In this document: positions 1 through 8,119 of the stretch, piece after piece
How the letters are laid out: each line of letters opens with the position of its first letter
How positions within the stretch are numbered: the stretch's first letter is position 1
IMG/VR virus record: IMGVR_UViG_3300022914_000030
Coordinates: 1-29,790 of that record
Reading direction: 5' to 3' (one strand)
DNA: 29,790 nucleotides
From: a virus
Taxonomy: Duplodnaviria; Caudoviricetes
The notes under the pieces: model-generated
The model's database searches: none
Told to the model about the DNA's origin: nothing
Seen by the model: only the letters and a program-made list of their open reading frames with translations
Made by a program: the position numbers and the translations under genes

Positions 1-354
1 AAAATTTAATATAGCTCCTGTTGTATCTATTACAATAGGCTTTGAAATATTTGTACCAGTATCATGTTCTATAATACCTTGCTTAGTAGAGCTTTTAACA
101 AACCAATAAATTTTATCATTTTCTTCATCAGCTATTTTACCAATACATTTTGCATTATTGCCAAATTTTGATTCTTCTGATAAATCTGTTAGTAATTTAG
201 TACCTCGAATATTTTGAACTGTACCAGCATCTGATTCATTCGTTGATGATACCTGGATATTTTGCGCATCTGTATACTCACCATCAGGAATTAATCTCTC
301 ATCGAGGTCCTTATTCATTTTTCCGCGTAGGAAAACCTTTTTTATTTCCGGCAT
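1..354 (-). CDS. Tail muzzle/stabilisation protein, N-terminal part (runs off the window)
   Basis: Hand translation from ATG 354: MPEIKKVFLRGKMNKDLDERLIPDGEYTDAQNIQVS...GTVQNIRG. The MNKD.D.R...GEY..A.N start is typical of crAss-like muzzle/tail stabilisation proteins, and the gene follows the ring proteins. Confidence 0.75.
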   Translation of the reverse strand, partial: MPEIKKVFLRGKMNKDLDERLIPDGEYTDAQNIQVSSTNESDAGTVQNIRGTKLLTDLSEESKFGNNAKCIGKIADEENDKIYWFVKSSTKQGIIEHDTGTNISKPIVIDTTGAILNF

Positions 355-358
355 TTAA

Positions 359-1444
359 TTAATGTTTAATCTGCTTAGACTTACCTCTCATTACTTGAGT
401 AAGCTCTTTTAATTTAAGGTTGGATAATCTTAGTTTAGCATTACGCATTGCTGCTCTTCTGTCTTTTCTAAACCTATTTACTATGTATTCTGGTATATTT
501 GCTTTTGTAGATAAAATAGCGTGTGCTATGTATTTATATATTGCTTCTTCTGCAAGTTTGTGTATTTGCATTTCATTATCAGTACCAAGACCATCAGATA
601 TATATCTTAATGTTATAATTTTCCCCGCTAAATTGCTACTAAAACCAAACTGGCCGTTTGCTTCGTCAATTATAAATACTCCGTTTAATTGTGTAGTTTC
701 TGGATCAATACCAAATCTTTTTCCTTCACCAATCATTGCATTTCTATCATTATCTGAATAAAAATAATCATCGTTTAAATCTGTATTTGGTACATTTTTA
801 AATCTTTCTGAAGTAATTGAGGTTGATGTTAATATAGATTCATCATTATCATATAAATATTCAGCTGTGTCATCTTGTAATATCGGTTGGCTTGGTCTTG
901 ATGTTATTTGGGATGGGTATATTATTCTTTCAAGCCCGTCACCATCAATCCAAGCTAATTGAACGTAATTAACGTAATCTTGAGGCATTGGTATTGTAAG
1001 AGATGCCCCAACTTCTACTTCTTGTATTTTTTCAATTCTTGATATATCATAACTAAATTCCTGAATTGCTCTTTTAGCATGAAATAAAACATCAGATCTA
1101 CTTGCAATATTAATTATTTTACCATTACCAATATAAGACACTATAAAGTTGTTTATAATATCATTTAAAGCAATATATCTGTATGATCCATGCTTTATGT
1201 TTTTAAGCTTAATTTGTATAGCTGTCCCGTTTGCTGGTGCTGATGAAAATGTTACAACACCTGTGCTTGAATTGTAAGTATATTGATCATCATCAATTTC
1301 ATTTCCTCCTTGATATACTATAAATTCACTTTCTGCAGATGGCAATGGGTCAAATGTAACAGTAAAATTAACTGTAGAACCATCACCAGTAAAATTATTT
1401 GCTACTGTGTAGTATTCTTTAGCTGTTTGTGTTATTAGTCCCAT
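359..1444 (-). CDS. Tail ring/tubular protein with extra N-terminal beta-rich (FTGDGST...TFSSAPANG) domain
   Basis: 361 aa. Core SDVLFHAKRAIQEFSYD...MPQDYVNYVQL...ITLRYISDG resembles crAss-like ring proteins, and position between capsid module and muzzle fits. Confidence 0.7.
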   Translation of the reverse strand: MGLITQTAKEYYTVANNFTGDGSTVNFTVTFDPLPSAESEFIVYQGGNEIDDDQYTYNSSTGVVTFSSAPANGTAIQIKLKNIKHGSYRYIALNDIINNFIVSYIGNGKIINIASRSDVLFHAKRAIQEFSYDISRIEKIQEVEVGASLTIPMPQDYVNYVQLAWIDGDGLERIIYPSQITSRPSQPILQDDTAEYLYDNDESILTSTSITSERFKNVPNTDLNDDYFYSDNDRNAMIGEGKRFGIDPETTQLNGVFIIDEANGQFGFSSNLAGKIITLRYISDGLGTDNEMQIHKLAEEAIYKYIAHAILSTKANIPEYIVNRFRKDRRAAMRNAKLRLSNLKLKELTQVMRGKSKQIKH

Positions 1445-1447
1445 TTA

Positions 1448-2146
1448 TTAAGATTTTTCTTGTGTTATTTTTTTAGTTTCTTTTGCATCTGCTAATTGAG
1501 CTATATTAGGGTCTTTAATACTGACGCCTGTATATAATAATATTTTTAACACAACATTCGTTTCTTCAGAAGGATGCAATTCAAAATTTTGTGATTGTCC
1601 TGCGTTATATAAAGCTGTACCATCTACCATAGTATAACCCCACTCAGGCGCTGACGGCTTTCTAGTATATGTACATGTAATTCCTGATATAATTGATACA
1701 GGATATACTTTTATATTCCATTGCAATGAAGTATTAGCTATACTCTGTATGTATACTGGATTGTTTGTTGTTGGATTAGTTAATTTAGAACTAGTATATT
1801 CATTTAATGTTTTTTTATCAACTTTTTCTAATTCTATATTATTATATGTTAATGTCCCCAATTTATGTAAATCAGAAGGGATTTGGAAAGAGTCTGTTGA
1901 ATAAACAAGAGTAGCCTCTTTTTTAAATTTACTCAGTTTTTCATCAGTTATTTTATATAAATCAGCATATTCAGTATCATTAGGCGCTAATCTTTTGTAT
2001 TGATTTAAATCAAAAAAATACTGCTCAAAAATTTCAGCCTGAGCTTGATTAGCAAAAAGATTGAACTCTTGCGGAGTCAAATATCCTCTATTTTCTTTGT
2101 TTATAATAGCAAGTACTTTTTGATAAACTGTATTTATATTAATCAT
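1448..2146 (-). CDS. Head-tail connector/ring protein (crAss-like)
   Basis: 232 aa with INKENRGYLTPQEFNLFANQAQ and YTRKP..P.W motifs, in the syntenic position downstream of the capsid genes. Confidence 0.7.
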   Translation of the reverse strand: MININTVYQKVLAIINKENRGYLTPQEFNLFANQAQAEIFEQYFFDLNQYKRLAPNDTEYADLYKITDEKLSKFKKEATLVYSTDSFQIPSDLHKLGTLTYNNIELEKVDKKTLNEYTSSKLTNPTTNNPVYIQSIANTSLQWNIKVYPVSIISGITCTYTRKPSAPEWGYTMVDGTALYNAGQSQNFELHPSEETNVVLKILLYTGVSIKDPNIAQLADAKETKKITQEKS

Positions 2147-2158
2147 TTTTTATTTTTT

Positions 2159-2199
2159 ATTATAGTAATAGCCACGATTACAGTGGCCATCACTATAAT
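2159..2199 (-). other. Intergenic ~17-bp RNA stem-loop without U-tract
   Basis: Minus strand ATTATAGTGATGGCCAC-TGTAATC-GTGGCTATTACTATAAT is fully paired including two G-U pairs. Confidence 0.6.
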
Positions 2200-2205
2200 C
2201 TGACT

Positions 2206-2952
2206 TTACTTAAGTCTTTTTTCTATTGATTTATATACTTCTAAACCTTCATCTGTTTTTAAGAAAGCTGTAAAGGCTGAGTAAGGATGCTCATCAAATG
2301 GTACTGTCATAATTTTTTTATTTGTTGACACCCATTTAAATGTTCTTTGATCATCAGATAATTTTAATATCCCTAATTCAGCTGCTTTAATAGCCATATT
2401 CCTAATATTAATATCATCATCATTTGCTAGTTCTAAGAACAGTTTAGGATCATTTTTAGCAAATAGTAATAAATCTCTTTTTATTTCTTTAGAAGTCATC
2501 TTAGATACCTCAGAACCAATGTTTGATCTTACTATTGCTTCTGCTTGATCAATATCCATTGATTTTGCTGCATTTAGTGCATCAATTTCAAGCTCTATAA
2601 TATCTAATTCATCTTCTGCTTCTTGTTCTGCATCAAATTCAGCAAATACCCTTCCATTATCTGGGTGATATAATGACATTAATTTTTGCAGAGTTTGTTT
2701 TTCTTTAGGTACAATTAATACACCGTCTTCAAAAACTATATGACCAAGTCTTGCGTCGCCTTTAAATTCATCAACGAAACAAGTTTTTTGGTTTAAGGTA
2801 TATTTTAATTCTCTTTCAAATCCTTTTTCTTTATCGAACCAAAATATGTTTTTACCTTTTATTGTATATGTAAGCGGGCTTTTCCCGTTTATTAGATAGT
2901 ATGATCTATCTTTTATCTCCCATTTAGGGGCTGTTTTTGTTTTTGTTGCCAT
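2206..2952 (-). CDS. Conserved crAss-like virion protein immediately downstream of MCP (gene-75-like position)
   Basis: 248-aa ORF. Assignment rests mainly on synteny; no catalytic motif seen. Confidence 0.55.
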   Translation of the reverse strand: MATKTKTAPKWEIKDRSYYLINGKSPLTYTIKGKNIFWFDKEKGFERELKYTLNQKTCFVDEFKGDARLGHIVFEDGVLIVPKEKQTLQKLMSLYHPDNGRVFAEFDAEQEAEDELDIIELEIDALNAAKSMDIDQAEAIVRSNIGSEVSKMTSKEIKRDLLLFAKNDPKLFLELANDDDINIRNMAIKAAELGILKLSDDQRTFKWVSTNKKIMTVPFDEHPYSAFTAFLKTDEGLEVYKSIEKRLK

Positions 2953-2971
2953 AATATAATAAGATTAAATA

Positions 2972-3020
2972 ATAAAAAAATATAAGAAATCCCCGACCGA
3001 AGCCGGGGTAATTCTCATAT
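2972..3020 (-). terminator. Rho-independent terminator after the major capsid gene
   Basis: Minus strand CCCCGGC-TTCG-GTCGGGG (cUUCGg tetraloop), stem extended by ATATGAGAA/TTCTTATAT and followed by TTTTTTT. Confidence 0.85.
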
Positions 3021-3030
3021 TAAATAAGGA

Positions 3031-4437
3031 TTAGTTTAATAACATAAAGTTATTAGCACCTTGTACTACTAAACATCTTTCAGATAAATAGTGTACCTCC
3101 ATTGCGTCTAGATCAGATGTAGTCGCACCACCTACAGAACCTGTAGTCCAAGACTTCATTCTTCTATCGTCAGCTTGAGAAGCCCTATATCTAACGTGAA
3201 GGAATGGTCTTTTGATGTTCTTACCTAATGTTTGATCGTAAACAGTTGATGTTCCAGCAGGAGCTAATACACCTCTAATGTTAGTGAATGAACCACCTGT
3301 TGTAATATCATTTAAGTATTTCCAGTCAGTTTTGTAGAAGTCATAAGAACCTCTTCTGAAACCAGAGAAACCTAAATTAAGTGCCATATCTTCGCTGTTT
3401 GAGAAAACACCGTAAGATGTACCACCTGTACCATAAGAATTTTGAGCCGCTAGCATATCGTCAATGTTTAATGCAACATCTCTGTTTACAAATAACATGT
3501 TTTCTTCGATAGCACCTTGCGTATCTAATTTCTTAAGAATTTCATCGAAGTCAGCTAAATCTTCAGTTGCTGTGTTTCCATCAACACCTGCAGTTACGTG
3601 ACCTCTATCTTCAATTGCTGCGAAAAGACCTTCAGTTCCACCAATTCCAGTTACACCAGCTGCGCCAGAACCTGACACTGCTAATTCGCCTTCTACCATT
3701 GACATTTCTAAGTAATCCTCGAATCTAGTTCTTGTATCACCTTCTGCCTTTAGGTACCATAGGTAACCTGATTGACCGTTTTCACCTGTAATTTCTACCC
3801 AACCAATTTGAGAAGCATCAGATCCTGAAACCTCATACTTATCTTTTAAAATAATTGGTTTGTTAGTAAACGACTTGAAAGATGGAGTTACCGCACCTGT
3901 CATACCTGTAGTAGCTTTTGCAAATTCTGAACCGATAACAAATAGTGTTACTGTTTCACCGTCTGTAAAAGTATTACCTGAAGTATTAAATGCTGCTGCA
4001 CCGTATCTTTTAAGTGTTAAAGTTGTAGCACCTGAGTTAACAGCTGATACATATGCGTTATCAATTTTACCTGATGAAGCACCTTTAATTTTTACTGTTT
4101 GTCCTACTCTTACAGCGTGAGTACCTGATGCTGCAATTGTTACAACACCTGTTGCAATTACAATAGTACCTGTATACTTTAAGTGTAGTCTACCTTGCTC
4201 TGACCATACTACTTGATCTGAAGACATAGGCATTTCAGCACCCACCATTCTTAAGAAGCTAGCGATAGATCTGTCTCCATATCTTTCAACTTCTGCTTCG
4301 TATAACTCTGGTAAGTATTGCTGAGACCAGTCGTTTGAACCACCTGTAAATGATAGGTAGTTAGTCGACAAAGTTTGCTTTACTGGAGCTGGAACCGCGT
4401 TTAAATTGGATCCGCCAGTAGGAGTTATTACTGCCAT
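3031..4437 (-). CDS. Major capsid protein (HK97 fold with insertion domain)
   Basis: 468 aa, after portal and scaffold and followed by a terminator. Motifs QYLPELYEAEVERYG, WSEQGRLH, LNLGFSGFRRGSYDFYKTDWKYLND; codon choice (TTC/AAC/TAC) suggests high expression. Confidence 0.88.
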   Translation of the reverse strand: MAVITPTGGSNLNAVPAPVKQTLSTNYLSFTGGSNDWSQQYLPELYEAEVERYGDRSIASFLRMVGAEMPMSSDQVVWSEQGRLHLKYTGTIVIATGVVTIAASGTHAVRVGQTVKIKGASSGKIDNAYVSAVNSGATTLTLKRYGAAAFNTSGNTFTDGETVTLFVIGSEFAKATTGMTGAVTPSFKSFTNKPIILKDKYEVSGSDASQIGWVEITGENGQSGYLWYLKAEGDTRTRFEDYLEMSMVEGELAVSGSGAAGVTGIGGTEGLFAAIEDRGHVTAGVDGNTATEDLADFDEILKKLDTQGAIEENMLFVNRDVALNIDDMLAAQNSYGTGGTSYGVFSNSEDMALNLGFSGFRRGSYDFYKTDWKYLNDITTGGSFTNIRGVLAPAGTSTVYDQTLGKNIKRPFLHVRYRASQADDRRMKSWTTGSVGGATTSDLDAMEVHYLSERCLVVQGANNFMLLN

Positions 4438-4457
4438 TTTGTTTTATTTTTTTAAAG

Positions 4458-5669
4458 TTATTGTCTAAGTTTAATTTTTAACTTTGAACTATCATCACCA
4501 GTAATTGCTCTTATTTTTACACCCCCGGTTTCAACTGTGCCAGTTTTACGTGGATCCATATTTATATTTTTGGATTCAGCATCTAACTGTTTAATAGCAT
4601 CAGCTTTACCTTGCTCGTAAAAATGATTTGCAATTGCATCTGCATTGTCTGCAACAAATAAGGCTTTATGATAACCAGCCGCATCTTGTAACATATTATC
4701 TTTACTGATATACTTATCTAATACTTTTAATATGTCGGACTGTCTATCTTTTACCTGTTGTGCGTCTTTAACGTTGAATCTATATTTTTTGTCAGCAACT
4801 TTAAATTCAAAACCTTTGAATTCTTCATTGAAAACTTTATTAGACTCGGTGTTAAAATGCTCAACTTGTCTTTCTTGTAGCTTTTGCTGTTCTGATTGCT
4901 CAGAGTTGTAAGTATTGAAAAACTCAATAGCTTTTTGTTGATCGCTGGTTAACTTAGAACCCAACTTGACTTCCTCGTAGTATTTGCCCTTTAATCCTTC
5001 CAAATAGCTTTTAGCTTTTGCAATTTCTTCTTTATAAGCGAGTTTTTTACGCTTAATATCTTTTGGTTCATCAACTTCTTCATCTACACTAAAATTATCT
5101 TCAATTAAAAAATCAATTTCATCTTTTGTAAGATGTGATTTAGTTTGATTATAATATTGATATAATAAAGTTGAATCGTCTATGTTAGAATAATCTTGAT
5201 TAATTTTTACATAATCTTCTAACGTTCCTCCAGTTTCATTCATAAAGTCTACAACTTTTTGAATGTTTTCTGGTAATTCTGTTGCTGTATCTTGTGCTGT
5301 TTGTACAGCTTCTTCTATTTCTTCCTTAAGTTCCTCTACTGGATCTTCAAGCTTAGGCTCTTCTTTTATTCCCGACTCTTCTTCTTCTATAACTTCTTCT
5401 AAAGTTAATTGCTCTTCTTGCTGTACTTCTTGCAATTCCACGTCGGCTTCTTGCCCATCTTTTTCATCCGTGCTGCTTCCGCGTAACACGCTTTCATCTG
5501 TGCTTTGTTCTTGAACGGCATCTGTTTCTGTTTTTGGTGGTTTACTTAAATCCACTTTATAAACACCATCTTCTAAAGATGTTTGTTTACCAGCATCCTC
5601 AAGTACTTTTTCTTCCTTTTCGGCTGCTGTCGGTGTTTCGTCTACAACGACGTCTTTATTTTCTTCCAT
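4458..5669 (-). CDS. Putative capsid scaffolding protein (acidic; gene-77-like position)
   Basis: 403 aa with a very E/D-rich N-half, lying between portal and MCP. C-terminal ANHFYEQGKADA motif. Confidence 0.7.
   Translation of the reverse strand: MEENKDVVVDETPTAAEKEEKVLEDAGKQTSLEDGVYKVDLSKPPKTETDAVQEQSTDESVLRGSSTDEKDGQEADVELQEVQQEEQLTLEEVIEEEESGIKEEPKLEDPVEELKEEIEEAVQTAQDTATELPENIQKVVDFMNETGGTLEDYVKINQDYSNIDDSTLLYQYYNQTKSHLTKDEIDFLIEDNFSVDEEVDEPKDIKRKKLAYKEEIAKAKSYLEGLKGKYYEEVKLGSKLTSDQQKAIEFFNTYNSEQSEQQKLQERQVEHFNTESNKVFNEEFKGFEFKVADKKYRFNVKDAQQVKDRQSDILKVLDKYISKDNMLQDAAGYHKALFVADNADAIANHFYEQGKADAIKQLDAESKNINMDPRKTGTVETGGVKIRAITGDDSSKLKIKLRQ
5405..5521 (-). CDS. Overprinted 38-aa basic microprotein (+1 frame inside scaffold gene)
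   Basis: ATG 5521 to TAA 5405 gives MPFKNKAQMKACYAEAARMKKMGKKPTWNCKKYSKKSN, with A-rich upstream context and a local GC rise. Confidence 0.6.
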   Translation of the reverse strand: MPFKNKAQMKACYAEAARMKKMGKKPTWNCKKYSKKSN

Positions 5670-5701
5670 GATATAATATTATAAAAATGTTTGCAGTTTT
5701 T

Positions 5702-8119
5702 TTATCTAGGCTCAAACTGCTCTAAGCCAAATCCACCCAAAGTATCAAATCCTGCAGATTCAAACTTTTTAGGTGGTTTATTATTTTTTCTTTGATCTAT
5801 TAATTCAGATTGTTGAGAAGCTTGTATTTTTGTTCTTTGATCTTTCCTATCTTCTTTAAACTTCTCTTTATCTTTAATTACATTTAAATCAGCGTCTTTA
5901 AGCTGCATATTCATTTCAAACTCTTTTTGCATTAGCATCATTTTTATTTCAGCTTCTTTTTCTAATTTTTGTGTGTCTAATTGAGCTTCAATTTGTGCCA
6001 ATTGAGCTTTACTTTGTGTTATAGCTTGTTGTTTTTGAACATCTGCTTGCGCAGCTGCTTGCGCAGCTTGTGCATTAGATTGTGTTTGCATTTGAATATT
6101 TTCTTGTTGTATTTGTCTATCCTGCTCAAATTTTTGTTTTCTCCTTAATTTTAATAATTGATTAGCAAGCTTTAAATTTCTTATTTCTCTAATATCAATA
6201 GCATCTTCTAAATTAATTTGTTCTTTTTGAAGAGACATTTGTATATTGTTTTCAAGTAATTGTTTTTCTTCTTCATCTGGCGCTAATTCTAAAAATATAC
6301 CAAAATCATGCAGCTGTAATTTTTTCATATCTTCTAATGCACCTACATTAGATTTTCCTATAGCCTGTATAAATGATTTACGTGTTGGGCTATATTCTAA
6401 TACATCTGATATTCTAAGCGATATTGCTTCAGCTGTTTTTAATGTAAGATATAACCCACCTTGCAATATGTGTCTTGTTGCTGTATTTGAATTTGCAGCA
6501 GCAATTTTTTGTAATCCTACTAATGCGTTTTTATCTGGTGTTGAACCATCTCTTGCTTCATTTAGCCCTGTTACATCACGTAACATTTGTAAATAATAAT
6601 TATATGAATTTATTAAACTAGATATTTTAGCATTTGCTCCAGAAGATTGTAATTCTTGTACCGGAACTTTTCCGTTATTAAATTCACCGTCTTGTGTCAT
6701 TGATCTACCAATAACTGATCCTGTTTGAAAATACATATTCAGTGCTTCTTGCGCATTGTAATTTGTGCCATTACCCAAATCAATTTCAGCAATACCATCA
6801 GCATCTAAATATACACCGTCTGGTACCATTCTTGATAATACCTGTTGTAACTTTAAATGAGTTATTTGAATCATATCAGCAAATGTTGTCATTCTACTAA
6901 CAAGCGACTCAACTTTACCTTTATATATTCTCGGTGCAACTATATTATAACTAAACTGTGCTTTAACTGTATTTGACTTTGGTCTTGTCATGTTTTCAGC
7001 TAACTGCCATTTTAGTAATTTATTAGTACCAATGATTTTTGCGCCTTCATATATTACTTCAATAGTCCTTGATGATTTTTCAAATCTTGATCTTGAATCT
7101 TTTGGCGGGTCAAAAGTATCGTCTTTTTTAATTGCTTTCGATGCACCCGTTGACGTTTCTTTTATTTTATGCACATCATCTCTATATGTTTTATACTCAA
7201 AATATAATACATAAGCATATGCGTCATCTTCATTATCTTTACCAGCGTATGATTTGTTGTATAGTTTAACATTGGTTCCTTGCCCCTCTACATCTTTTCT
7301 TATATCTTCTTCTGTTAAATGTGGAAATTGTTTTTTTAAATCAACTACAGATACTCTTCTTATTTCACCCACATAATATATATCATCAAAATGAGGTGAT
7401 TCTGTATAAGAATAAACCAAATCAGCTGGATCAACATATTTTATATTTATCCCTTCTGAAGTTGTGTATTCATTTTTAACAGCCCCTATACCTAAAACAG
7501 TTATATCATAATCTAATCTTTTCTTTATTAATTCATATTTATTATGATCAAATACATTATTTATAGCTTCTTCTTCTGCAATTTCAATTGAATCTTTATA
7601 ATCTAGTTGCATATGCAATTGCACTTCCTCTTCTGTTTCTGGTAAAGTATTTCTATCTGTTTTAAATATATCAATTCCAGTTTCTTTTTTTACAGAATCT
7701 TTATATTCTCTAGTAAACATGTCTTCTAGTAAGTTTTGAACATGCTTTGTTCTTTTTTGTACTGAAGCGGGGTCCTGTGAATATGCTTTTATATCATATG
7801 TTCTTTCTGCAATACCATTTACAACTATATCTACAAATTTTGGTATGATAGGTACTGGTTTCCAATCTAAGTTTAAATATGATAAATCACCGTTTACAGA
7901 TAATTCGTCTTTATATTTTTGTATTGATTGTTCACCCCTAGCATATAATTTTAAACGGTGAAAATTGTCTCTGTTAGCATAATACCTAGCTGTACCAGAG
8001 TCTCTTTTAAACCATTCTGATTCAACTGCTTTTGCAACTTCTAAACCATACTTTTCACTTGCTTTCTCAGCATTTGAAACTGCTTGGCTTGGGAATATGC
8101 CTTTTGGTAATAAATCCAT
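5702..8119 (-). CDS. Portal protein with long C-terminal coiled-coil barrel
   Basis: 805 aa directly after terL. W.PVPIIPKFVDIVVNG and RDVTGLNEARDG motifs; Q/A-rich helical tail. Confidence 0.9.
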   Translation of the reverse strand: MDLLPKGIFPSQAVSNAEKASEKYGLEVAKAVESEWFKRDSGTARYYANRDNFHRLKLYARGEQSIQKYKDELSVNGDLSYLNLDWKPVPIIPKFVDIVVNGIAERTYDIKAYSQDPASVQKRTKHVQNLLEDMFTREYKDSVKKETGIDIFKTDRNTLPETEEEVQLHMQLDYKDSIEIAEEEAINNVFDHNKYELIKKRLDYDITVLGIGAVKNEYTTSEGINIKYVDPADLVYSYTESPHFDDIYYVGEIRRVSVVDLKKQFPHLTEEDIRKDVEGQGTNVKLYNKSYAGKDNEDDAYAYVLYFEYKTYRDDVHKIKETSTGASKAIKKDDTFDPPKDSRSRFEKSSRTIEVIYEGAKIIGTNKLLKWQLAENMTRPKSNTVKAQFSYNIVAPRIYKGKVESLVSRMTTFADMIQITHLKLQQVLSRMVPDGVYLDADGIAEIDLGNGTNYNAQEALNMYFQTGSVIGRSMTQDGEFNNGKVPVQELQSSGANAKISSLINSYNYYLQMLRDVTGLNEARDGSTPDKNALVGLQKIAAANSNTATRHILQGGLYLTLKTAEAISLRISDVLEYSPTRKSFIQAIGKSNVGALEDMKKLQLHDFGIFLELAPDEEEKQLLENNIQMSLQKEQINLEDAIDIREIRNLKLANQLLKLRRKQKFEQDRQIQQENIQMQTQSNAQAAQAAAQADVQKQQAITQSKAQLAQIEAQLDTQKLEKEAEIKMMLMQKEFEMNMQLKDADLNVIKDKEKFKEDRKDQRTKIQASQQSELIDQRKNNKPPKKFESAGFDTLGGFGLEQFEPR

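Noticed and set aside
420-7214. Plus-strand ORFs 420-761, 3860-4120, 5263-5514, 6246-6596, 6990-7214
   Set aside because: Antisense shadows of strong minus-strand genes, with Ser/Phe/Leu-rich composition expected from reverse-complement codons and no motifs.
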